DNA from: Octopus sinensis
Lineage: Eukaryota
DNA length: 64,000 nt
Direction: 5' to 3'
Assembly (NCBI RefSeq): GCF_006345805.1
Contig: NC_043003.1
Location: forward strand, 806,001 to 870,000
Made by a program: the position numbers and the translations under genes. The notes under the pieces are model-generated. The model was not told where the DNA came from. It searched no databases and saw only the letters and a list, made by a program, of their open reading frames with translations. Of the stretch, positions 24,767 through 36,033 are shown one piece after another (within the stretch, counting starts at the first letter, position 1; every line of letters starts with the position of its first letter).

Positions 24767-25803
24767 ATATATATATATATATATATAATATATATATATA
24801 TACAACTTATAAATTAGGGCTAAAGAAAATTATTTCAATGCCAATATATATATATATATATATATATATCATCATCATCGTTGTCATTATTTAATATCTG
24901 CCTTCCATACTGGCATCAGTCGGGCGGTTTGACCTGAGCTGGCCAGGCAAGAGACAGCACCTGCCTTCTGGGACTGTTTCTAGATTCAAATGTCATGGCT
25001 GCTCTTGTTTAAGTTAAATATTGTCTGTGAGTACAACAGGCTAACAATATTGTTTAGATTGGTAAAGAACTCTGCACGTTTGGTGGCAGGGTCCAAAGTT
25101 ATAGTTCCTCACCATTCTATATTGTGAATTCATGGCTGCAGTCCTTGTCAGACTGACCTTTTACCCAAAGTGATCTACAAGACAAGGTTAAAATAAGGGT
25201 CATTACAATCAATTAATATGTCCTGTCTTCATCTTTTGTTCTTTTTCCTAAACTCTCCCTATATGTACATCACACGCTCACGTAGTCACACATGTTGATC
25301 CTATCATTTCTTACCACTACGAACTTCTCCACTGGACTCTTTATCTACTATTTACGGATTCTCGTTTGGTCATTCACCCTCCGGCTGCACCTCTCCTACC
25401 TACGGATCACAGTGGACGCTACTCTTGATAAGAAATCCTTGCAATACACCGCAACGTTAAAAAACCTTTGAACTTTACGTAAAATTGTTATTATTGTCAT
25501 TACTTTATTTTTATACTTTCCTGTAGCCACTACACACATTTTTTTCTCTCCTTGTTTTATCTGTGTCCCTTTCTGTAGAAGAGCGTAGCTCGAAACATAA
25601 AACACTTTTTCTATTCTTGAGCATTGTACAAATACATCTGTTTGTTTTGTACACCACCTGTCTTCATCTTTTGTTTTTTTCGTAAACTCTCCCTATATAT
25701 ATTTATATACATACATGTATATATACATACATATATGTATATATACATACATATATGTATATATACATACATATATGTATATTATACATACATATATGTA
25801 TAT

Positions 25804-25848
<45 letters not shown>

Positions 25849-25920
25849 CATGTATATATACATACATACATACATATATACATACATGCACACATACATA
25901 TATATATATACATACATGTG

Positions 25921-25961
<41 letters not shown>

Positions 25962-26699
25962 TCTTTTATCCTTTTACATGTTTCAGTCATTTGACTGTGG
26001 CCATGCTGGGGCACTACCTTAAAGGATTTTAGTTGAAGAACTCGACCCCAGGACTTATTCTTCGTAAGCCGAGTACTTGTTCAATTGTCTCTTTTGTCAA
26101 ACTGCTAAGTTACGGGGACATTAACACACCAACATCGGTTGTCAAGTAGTGGTGAGGGGGACAAACAAAGACACACACACATACATGATGGGCTTCTTTT
26201 CAGTTTCCGTCTACTAAATCCACTCACAAGGCTTTCGTTATTGAAGGGCTATAGAAGACACTTGCCCAAAGTGCCACACAGTGGGACTGAACCTGGGACC
26301 CTGTGTTTGGGAAGCAAGCTTCTTACCACACAGCCACGCCTATATATATATATATACATTATATATATATATGGAAGGGATTGTCCCACAACTACCACCA
26401 CCACCATTGTTGCTTGACACCTGTTATATGACTGGAATAGCTTTGATCACAGGCCTACTCATTCAGTGCTGCCTTGGGTTAAACAATAGCAAAAACATCT
26501 GAAGTGAATCCTCAGAAGCTAGAAAAATAATGAACATTGGATAATTGGCAAAAGGGGATTCAGGGGATTAGGGTAAGTGCTATGATGTGAGTAGGGTGTG
26601 GAGGAGAGAGGGAGATGATGTGGAGAGTAGGAGTGGAGGAGAGGTGGAGAGAAGGAGAGGGAGAGGGAGTAGATAGATAGAGAAATTGGGTTAGGGTTA

Positions 26700-26796
26700 G
26701 AAGGGGAGGAGAGAGGGGGAAGAGAAAGAGGGGGGAAGCAAAGAGAGAGAGAGAGGGGGAGATGCACAGAGAGAGGGTGCAGAAATGAGACGGGAC

Positions 26797-26836
<40 letters not shown>

Positions 26837-27340
26837 GGCAGAGAGACAGGACAGAAGAGAGAAGGGAGGAAGAGAGAGAAGGGAGGAAGAGAGAGAAGGG
26901 AGGAAGAGAGAGAAGGGAGGAAGAGAGAGAAGGGAGGAAGAGAGAGAAGGAGCAGAAGAGAGAAGGGGCAGAGAGACAGGACAGAAGAGAGAAGGGAGGA
27001 AGAGAGAGAAGGGAGGAAGAGAGAGAAGGGAGGAAGAGAGAGAAGGGAGGAAGAGAGAGAAGGAGCAGAAGAGAGAAGGGGCAGAGAGGGCAAGAGAGGG
27101 GGGAAGAGAGAAAGGGGAGAAGAGAAAGGGGGCAGAAAGAGAGAAGGGGCAGAGAGATAGAGAGAGAGAGGGCAGAGAGAGAAAGAGGGAAAGAGAGAGA
27201 GAGGGAAAAAGAGAGAGAGGGAAAGAGAGAGAGGGGAAAGAGAGAGAGAGAGGGAAAGAGAGAGAGAGAGGGAAAGAGAGAGAGAGAGGGAAAGAGAGAG
27301 AGAGAGGGTGGAAAGAGAGGAGAGAGAGAGAAAAAGAAAG
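26700..27340. repeat. Polypurine GA-rich minisatellite (about 19-bp GAGAGAAGGGAGGAAGAGA and about 16-bp GGGAAAGAGAGAGAGA units)
   Basis: Direct reading. Confidence 0.9.
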
Positions 27341-27448
27341 ACATGCTAGACATTAAAGAGAAAAGACGTTTGGTAATGGTGATGTGATTCTAATAAATTC
27401 TAATCAGTTAAGGTTTTGCTTCTTAGTCAAGTGAAACAGTTTACTCAC

Positions 27449-27604
27449 CTCTCGTTAGAAGGGCATCCAGAGAAAAAGTTTGTCTTTTTTTTTTTTTCAG
27501 TAATAGCACTGGAATGAGGAAAGAAAAGAAAGGAAATGAGTGGAAAAGAAGAGAAAACGCCATCTTCACAATCACAACAATATTCTTAATCTGTAAAACA
27601 GCCC
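27449..27604 (-). other. Candidate exon of a minus-strand gene (156 nt; a shorter 60-nt form 27449-27508 is possible)
   Basis: Acceptor ttttttattttgctcttttccccttcccag|, second acceptor ...ttcctcattccag|, donor GAG|gtgagt; contains aagATGGCG opening MAFSLLFHSFPFFSFLIPVLLLKKKKRQ... Confidence 0.3.
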
Positions 27605-27867
27605 CTGGGAAGGGGAAAAGAGCAAAATAAAAAATGTCTATACAAGGGACCTCACAATGACACACACAGATATATATATATACAGAGAGAGAGAGAGAAG
27701 GAGGCGAAATATAAGCTGAGTAAATTCACAAGATTTGCAAGTCAAGCATTTGGTAAATGTTGTAAATTAAAGCTTGATATAATTGGAGATTAAGGTTTCA
27801 TGCACTGCTGGTTTCACCAAGGTGGGAAGTAAAAGGTTCACTGCCCTCAGAAAATGTGTGAGTTTGC

Positions 27868-27907
<40 letters not shown>

Positions 27908-28156
27908 TGTGTGTGTGGTGTGTGTGTGTGTCGTAGTGCTGAAATTACTCTGTGTTACCATTTAATGTTATAAATAATTTTCTAGGATTATGGCATGGAG
28001 TTCATGATATAACCAGGAAGACATGTATCGCTCTGTGTAAAAGGTAACCGGATTAACTGAGGAATGCAACTATGGATTTACAAAGATGACTGGTGTTGGA
28101 CTTCAACTTCAGATCTTGCCTTAGGATTATTTGGAGTTGTATACCAATCTGAGGAC

Positions 28157-28485
28157 AGTTCTATATGTGGGATGAAGTTAAAATAATAGACAGAGAACAC
28201 CAGTGGAAAATGCAAGAAGCAGCACAGATGTTAGGACACAACAACCTCCTGAGCAGACCGAGTGCAGATATGAACAGCATATGGGAACCGGTATTAAGGA
28301 AGGATAGGAGAATATTACAGGCATATGGCCTAGTGGTTAAGAGCATGGGCTACTAACGCCAAAATTCCGAGTTCGATTCCAATAATAATAACATCGAAAA
28401 ATACCTTAGGTTCGAAATTTCCCCCAAGACACCTGATGAAGGCTGGAGGGTATATCCGACAAATATCCGTCAAATGTAAATAATG
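28157..28485 (+). mobile_element. 5'-truncated Penelope-like retroelement: GIY-YIG endonuclease C-terminus + tRNA-like unit + (AAT)n + partly deleted hammerhead
   Basis: 12-bp TSD CAATCTGAGGAC at 28145-28156 and 28486-28497; translation WDEVKIIDREHQWK..EAAQMLGHNNLLSRPSADMNSIWEPVL resembles the PLE EN tail (WDxVKILDRExxW..KEAxxI..LNR..WxPLL); A box 28326-28336, B box GTTCGATTCC 28371-28380; GACAC CTGATGA A GGCTG at 28428-28445. Confidence 0.75.
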
Positions 28486-28593
28486 CAATCTGAGGACTTT
28501 TTGATAGTCTGGTGCATTTGTATCAGCGGAGAGCTGAAGAAATATTTTGCCCAGATTTCTAATGCCTTATTAACAACCCCTTATGTATATATA

Positions 28594-29036
28594 TGGGTGT
28601 GTGGTTAATCATGGGTGTGTGGTTATATGGGTGTGTGGTTAATCATGTGGACATGAGTTCAGTTGCATTGTGTGGAAACTCTCTAATCTACTATAGCCAT
28701 GGGTTGACCAAAGCCTTGTGAGTGGATTTAGCAGAAAATCATCATATGTATGTGTATGTGCCTGTGTGTGTGTGTGTGTGTGTGTGTGTTTCTGCCTGTC
28801 CTCTGTCTAGACATCCCACGATGGCTATAAATGAGCTCCATTGCCATACAAGCAATGTTGTTTATTTCCAGTCTTCCATTAAAATTTGTCTGGCCATGGA
28901 GAATATTACCTTGCTTGGAATCAAGGGAAGGTTGGTGTCAGGAAGAGCATCCAGCTATAGAAAAAATCTACCTCAATAAATTTCTATCTGACTATTTGAC
29001 TCATGCAAGCATGGGAAATTGGATGATAAATGATGA
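28594..29036 (+). mobile_element. SINE family A head joined through (TG)n to an alternative (GAT)-ending tail
   Basis: Triplicated head ATGGGTGTGTGGTTA, GACCAAAGCCTTGTGAGTGGATTT, (TG)n, then ...GGTTGGTGTCAGGAAGAGCATCCAGCT...GATGAC. Confidence 0.65.
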
Positions 29037-31377
29037 CAAGGAAATTACATATATATGTAATTGTGCGCTGTTGAAGAGGGCCATAGACACACATTATGCA
29101 TTGTTATAAATCCGTCTAATAAAGGCCTGAAACATATGTACCGCTGAATCCTTGGCATCATGTTTTTATTTTGATTAATTTATGTATATATATATATATA
29201 GAGAGAGAGAGAACAATTAGCGAGGGATTATCAATCTGGGTAAAATACTTCATAAGCTCTCTGTTGGCACACCAGATTAACAATATTACTTAGGTTAGTG
29301 AAGAACTCAAAGTAATCTTCTGGTAGGGTCCCAAATTATGGTTCATCACAATTCTATATTGTAAATCTGTGGATGGGCTTCAGATAAACTGGTTTATCAC
29401 TCTCTCTCTCTCTCTTTTGCTCTTAGCTTAGATTTTTGGGGCCTCCCAATTTTGAACAGACTCAAGTGTAATAGGCCAAAACTGTAATGATGATTGGAAG
29501 CTTGACTGATGAATAGAAGGCCACAAATGATCCGGGCTAGGTTTCTCTGTCCGTCTTTGTATCGTCTATCTGTCCATATGTTTTTATTCTCGTCTCTTAC
29601 ATTCTTATTCGTTTTTTGGGGGGAGGGGGGATTTATATATACATATAGCAGCGTATGTATACCTTTGCTCACCTTTTAAGTATATATATATATGTATGTA
29701 TGTACGTCTGTATGTAAGTATGTATCAAAGCCACACACCTGATGATGTGCTGGTACACAATTGCTTCTAGATCATATTTACTTACGTAATTATTTATATA
29801 ATATTTCATGTAATTGTATAATATGGAAAACTCAGCAATTAACAGAAACAATTGTCGTGATTTGTGATTAAAGCCTCTTCATTCTTGTTTTAGAAATTTA
29901 TAAAACTTCTTTTATAAATTTAGTTATGTGTGTATGTGCACATGTGTGTGTGTATGTGTATATGTGTGTGTGTGTATGTGTATATGTGTGTGTGTGTATG
30001 TGTATATGTGTGTGTGTATGTGTATATGTATGTGTGTGTATGTGTATATGTGTGTGTGTGTGTATGTGTATATGTGTGTGTGTGTATGTGTATATGTGTG
30101 TGTGTTATGCATGTTGTGGGCCAGTTTCCTAATTCATTTTCTGGATTTATCTCACTGATGAAAACTGAAAATAATGTATATTACATACATAGAAATACTT
30201 CACGCTTCTCTCACACACACACACGTACACGGGGTGGGGAAGGGGGCAGTGGTGTTTATCTGAGTGATAACCAACAGTAAACCACATAATCACTAAATTA
30301 GTGAGTGTCGAGTGAGAGGGGTGGGTGAGGAGTGGGTAATGTAAACCCTGGGGTATCTCTGAAGATGATAAGAAGTTCTGCAAGACAGATTTGAAGGACA
30401 GGGTGGCAGGATTTTGAATGAAAGGAGCAACAGCTGAGTAGTGAGGGTGGAAGGGGTGGAGAATTCCCTAGGGAGCTTTGGAACGGGGTGGGGTGGGTGG
30501 GGTGGATGTCATATGCATTCACACACAAATACATGCATATATATACCAATACATCTCTACATATATTCAAACATTTTTACGTATGCATATACATATATAC
30601 ATACACACATATAGCCATGCACATACACACACACACACACACATAGTCATACACATACATTTTTACATATGCATGTAAATACATATACACACACACATAC
30701 CCATGCACACACACACATATATACTCATATACACACGTATATGGACACATGCACCCACACAAACATTTACACACACATACACCCACACAAACATATAAAC
30801 ACACACACACATAAGGATGACTGCTTTCTCATTGTGGAAGGTCACACACACACACACACACACCCGCAATTTCCCTCCGCCTTATCTACAAATTCACCCA
30901 GTCCCCAGCTTCCTCCTCCTCCCCCATGCGCCAACACACCATCGCCACCGCACCGCCTCTCCCATCCGTTACATCCCTCCATCACCCAGCCATGGCATGT
31001 CTTATTTGTAGACATTACCACCACATCTGTAATTCCATTCCTTACTTTCCAGGAACAGCTGCCCCCCACCACCACCACCACACCACACACACGTCTATTC
31101 CTCCAAGATACCTATCTAGCCATCTTCCCTTAGGGCCATCCCCCCCCACAACACACACTCTCTCTCTCTCTCGTTCCCTAACATTCTACTTAACTCTCTC
31201 TCTCTCTCTCTCTTAATACACCAATACATCAGTCTGTCTGTCTATATGTCTGTGTGTTTGTCTGTCTGTCTGTCTAGCTGTATTGTCTGTGTCTATCTAC
31301 GTCTGGCTGTTGTCTGTCTGTTTGTGAATGTCCATGCCTGTCTGTCTGTATGTCTATGTGTTTGTCTGTCTGTCTGG

Positions 31378-31419
<42 letters not shown>

Positions 31420-32555
31420 GGATCTTATACTCCTTCACTTCCACTTCTAATTTGCAACACACAGACCGGGTTACATCGATTATAAACACCATCGCGTGAA
31501 CAACAGTAACAAAAATAAATACATCATCAACAACAACAATAGGAAACACAACAAGGCAAAGAAAGGAGCAGCTACGTAGTCACTCGATCTGCTAGAAAAA
31601 GCAGTAAAGTCTGAAACCGAAATCATAGGCTTGCTTGATCAGGAATAGCCTGGGGCCAAACGACAACAACAACAACGAAAGCAACAATGCTGTCGAAAAG
31701 AGGAGCTGTTTAATTACTCTCTAGGCTATATCAAACAACAATAACAAGATCTATACAACCTGAACAGCGCCGCCGCCATCATCGCTGCTCTATAGCCATC
31801 ATTGCTCCTCCCCCCCCTTCTCTTTCTTATCTATGGTGTCGAAGATGGAGACGATAAACATTGAATAATAATATTTTCTTAGCACCGAATCTGAAATCAA
31901 TTCTACAGACCAATGTCTAAAAATAGCAACAACCCACCCGAATTCTTCGCGTCGAAAAGACGGTGCTGAAAGAAAGTTTCCTTCCATGTTGATTGTTGCC
32001 GCCATTGGTGTTTAGCACCAAGTCGTCTCTGAACAAGTCCTACGATCAAAAGGAATTCCAGCCGTGACCATCACCCCGTATTTTAATTTTTTTGTTAGAT
32101 GCAGTGAATGCAAGCATGACTATGGTAACAAAGCAAGCGTTGCAGCCGTGTGGTTTCGAGTTCAGTCCCACTACGCGGCACCTTGGGCAAGTGTCTTTAC
32201 TACAGCTTCGAGCTGACCAATGCCTTGTGAACGATGACTGACGGAAACTGTATGGAAGCCTTCCCGTGTGTGTGTGTGTGTTTGCATTTTTGCTTGACAA
32301 TCGAAGCTAGTTTGTTTACATCCTCGTAACATAACCGATCAGTAAAAGAAGAGGCCGATAGAGTGAGTACCAGACTTTAGAAAAAAGTAAAAAACACAAA
32401 GATAATGTTTCTAGGATCCTATTATCCAGTATATCCTTTTCTATTAAGGCAATATGGTAAGATTTCAGTAATCTGGTTGCTATTTCTAGCCAAATGAATG
32501 GCTACATAGACGTTCTGTTGAGGATTGTAAGCAGAGCAGTTGATAGTAAAGGATA

Positions 32556-32878
32556 GGAGGTGTGTGGCTTAGTGGTTAGGGCATTCGGCTCACGATTGTA
32601 AGGTCGTGAGTTCGATACCTGGCGGTGCGTTGACTCCTTGAGCAAGACACTTTATTTCGCATTATTCCAGTCCACTCAGCTGGCAAAAATGAGTCGTACC
32701 TGTAATTACAATGGATCATCTTGCCGCATTCTGTGTCACACTGAAGCTTTCCGAAAACTACGTTAAGAGTACGAATGCTTGTGGAGTGCTCAGCCACTTG
32801 TACGTTAATCTCATGAGCAGGCTGTTTCGTTGGTCGGATCAACCGGAACCCTCGTCATCGTAAACGACGGAGGACCAG
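32556..32878 (+). mobile_element. tRNA-derived CORE-type SINE family R2 (OR2-like), sharing its 3' tail with R1
   Basis: TGGCTTAGTGG A box, GAGTTCGATACC B box, CCTTGAGCAAGACACTTTA...CCACTCAGCTGGCAAAAATGAGT CORE-like domain, tail GTGGAGTGCTCAGCCACTTG; second copy about 42170-42455 (-). Confidence 0.8.
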
Positions 32879-34474
32879 TTAAAGTATGGTATAGTGTGTG
32901 ACATAACTGTTGATGTTGTTGGTGTTATTGTTTGGCACTAAATCAGATAAGCCAAACCTTTTGAGCGTCGACCAAAATATTTTACAATATTTGTTCCGGA
33001 AGATTATATTCTAAGTTCTAATCCATCTGAAGCCAACATCCCCTTTCAAGGTCATTAAAATAAAGTACTAGTCAAAGACTGGAGTTGATTTTAACCAAGT
33101 AATCTCTAAACCCGAAATTGTCGGCCTGCTACCAAAACGAGAAATTATTATGGAACGGCAAGCTAGCAGAAACGTTAGCAGGCCGGGCAAGAGTTTTAGC
33201 GGTAATTCTTCTGACTTCTTTCTCATTTTAAATAGCACCGAGGTTGACTCTGCCTTTCATTTCTTTCGAAGTCGATAAAATACCAGTCATGTACTGGAGG
33301 CGATGTAATCAATTTAACCCCTTCCCTAAAACTGCTGTCCTTGTGCCAAAATTTGAAACCATTTTGAGGGTAGTGGTGTGGATTCGCAGAATCCTTAAAT
33401 TTATTGCGCATCTATTCCCGCTCTTTACATTTCGGGTTCAAATTCTACCTCAAATTTGCCTTTGAGCCTTGTGGAATCGATAAAATTAAGTACCAAAATT
33501 AAGAACTGACGTCGGTTTAAACAACAGGCCTGCTCCCTTCAAAATTTCAGGCGTTGTACTTCTCTACCAACATTAGGAACGACTGTTTTGGTCTAATGTA
33601 GTCTTTCTTTTAAAATGGCAGTGTGACTTCAAGATTTGGATGTTTTGCTATTTCTAGTAGATCGAGAGATTGCGTATGAAATTTCTCATTTTCTCGTGGT
33701 GTAACAGATATTTTGTGCGCCGGAATGACAGACATATTATAGCAGCTTATAGCAGTACACTATAACGGGCATATGGGTGATGTTGAGCTTTGTCAGAGAT
33801 ATTTTGATTTTATTATCACAAATATCTGAACACTAACGGCGTTTGGTTACGTGTATCTCCCGCATAATCATTGGTACACGGAGAATTGCTGATGATAAGG
33901 GAAATAATTGCGTGTCTGTGTAACTCGGTGCAGAATAAATATCAGTAGGAAATTCCATTTGCAAAGCACCGTGTTTTGTACTTTCTCGCTCATGCTTAAA
34001 CCCTTCCCTAATCTGTATCAGCGAAGATCCCTTCCCTCCCTCCACCTCTCATTCTCATACATTGCCAGTACTGTATTGATTGACACTTCTTGGTTGCTCA
34101 CATCTGATGATGAGCTTTTGTGCCTGAAATGTAAAGATTATTAAACTTTTTCATTTACGCACTGCGAGAAGCTCTCCGTCTGTGCTATTTTGTTATTTTA
34201 CTTATATTTAAATGAAATGAAAATAAGCTATGAGAAATAATCCAGACTGCCCAGTAGCATATATTTGAACAAGAAATGCGGATAAAGGCGTATTGAATAA
34301 CATAGAAGATAATTGATTGATTTATTGAAATTATCTCCATTTCCAGAGATGATAGTCTAATTGACTGGTGACAGTTGTTGATACCAATCCGAATCAGGGG
34401 AGATAATCTGAAGAAGTTTATCAACTTGACGTGCTATTGTGGAAAAGGTGGTCTGATCATCTGCAGAAAAGATA

Positions 34475-34515
34475 GTTGTGGACACGTGTTTCTGCCTCAG
34501 GCGTCATCAGTAAAC
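34475..34515 (-). ncRNA. Minimal hammerhead motif, intact core, 6-nt palindromic stem III
   Basis: Minus strand GTTTA CTGATGA C GCC tga GGC A GAAA CACGTG TC CACAAC; stem I imperfect. Confidence 0.6.
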
Positions 34516-34879
34516 GAAACACATACAAAAAAGAGCACACATTCCACATACATACATACATACAAACATTCTTATAAACAGCATAATTTGCAAAACCAAT
34601 TGTAACCATTAAAAAATTCTGCAAGATTGTAAATCTTTTCTGATAGCAACAACATTTATTTCGTGGGTTTTTTTATTTAAAAAAAAAGCAAATTCTCTCG
34701 TTGTTTAAAAACTTGTCTATTTAGCAGCCATTGCATTTCTCTAAGCAGTAAAAGTTAGCCGAAACTCTCATCCCATATCTTGACATAGATTAAAAAATAT
34801 CAGGCAAGTTAATGAATGTTTTTTAATGAAGCTGGTAATTTTAACTTGTATTACCAGCAGAGTTCCGAAGAAAAGCTTT

Positions 34880-35240
34880 TTTAAGCAGCGAATGCCTCTG
34901 AGTGAATCACGCGGTGAGAGACTGTAGCAGCTTCCCGACTCAACCCTCGAGTTTGACGCCCCAGGGTCCCCCGCCATCCGTTTACAGGCTTATAGAGTCG
35001 ACCCAAAAAGGGACCGTCCCCATAAAAGCGTCGCCCGAAGCTGACTGTCCCCATTGCTGCTGCCCCCCCCTCCCCCGCTACAGCCGCATCTGAGAGAATA
35101 CGTTTCTTCGCCCATCCTGTATGGTTTGTAAGGCTTCCTGATTGGCTCACGCGCGATTTCGGATGAGGCAGAAGAATTTCAGGGATTCTCATTCAAGTTC
35201 TGTAATCCACAAAAGTCACGACTCAGCTTCAGAACGATAT
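34880..35240. promoter_or_regulatory. CpG-rich non-repetitive island; candidate promoter or enhancer
   Basis: GC/CpG-rich; inverted CCAAT (CTGATTGGCT about 35138), CGCGCG, GC-box-like CCCCTCCCCCG; no match to the repeat families seen here. Confidence 0.35.
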
Positions 35241-35682
35241 GAGAGGAAATGTGATACAGTTTGACGCGTTGGTGTTAAGTAATAGGCGTAGTAGTGGTGG
35301 TGGTGGTGGTGGCAGGTTGAAATGAAATTTAGTGGATTGTGGGAAAAAAATTGAAGATTTTGAAATACGAAAAATGTTAAGTCACTAAGTTTTATGAAGT
35401 ATTGAAATGAGAGAGAGGGGGGAGATTGGTGAGCGGTAAAGAGCTGATAGTATTTTAAATAAACATTCATCTACATCTATCTAGACTTGGTTCTTTAAAT
35501 CAAGATTAGTCTTTTTTTACCATTAAAAAAAAACAAAATTAAAAACAAATTCGCCTTCTGCCAATCACCATACTGCCTGCCTCCTCACTCGAACACTCAA
35601 TCATTTATTCAGGCATATTTCAATTCACAGGAATAGTCTGGGTTAAACATACAGCCGCATACAAACAGGGTGACCCCGGGGA

Positions 35683-35815
35683 AAAGGTTACAGGATAAAA
35701 AAAAAGGTCACAATTTATGGGATCCAGACAAAACCCCCCTAGGATAAAACACCCCTGGACAACCCCCCCACCCACCCGGACAAAACCCCTGTGACTTTTT
35801 TTCCGTAACTTTTCT
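35683..35815. mobile_element. Short MITE-like element with GGACAAAACCCC internal repeats
   Basis: AAAGGTTACAGGA..AAAAAGGTCACA / TGTGACTTTTTTTCCGTAACTTTT inverted ends; related motif at 14445-14600. Confidence 0.5.
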
Positions 35816-36033
35816 TGTTTGCCTGGATTCACGTACAAACATACATTCTATTGCCATTTATTGCATACTCCAACGAATTCCTTATCAGAATTAGAAAGTC
35901 ATACACAAATTCATACAAATACTCACCGTGTTTGAGATTGTGTTTGTGTTTGTTTTTTTACATATTAACGGGGGATTCTCATTAACATGTAATACACTTT
36001 ATGGTGTGGACTCATTGTGTACAATGAAGTGTT

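Noticed and set aside
26688-26700. Telomere at TTAGGG-like units (also 36320-36540)
   Set aside because: Only two to four interstitial units, the latter inside a transposon; not a chromosome end.
27988-28043. Plus-strand mini exon (tttctag|...AAG|gtaacc) encoding LWHGVHDITRKTCIALCK
   Set aside because: Weak donor, unrecognised peptide, opposite strand to the other exon candidates.
34101-34138. CTGATGA TGAGC ttttgt GCCT GAAA TG TA hammerhead-like motif
   Set aside because: Stem I strands do not pair and stem II has a mismatch; possibly a decayed copy but not supportable alone.
34768-35192. Short ORFs across the CpG-rich island as protein genes
   Set aside because: No recognisable domain; open frames are expected in GC-rich sequence.
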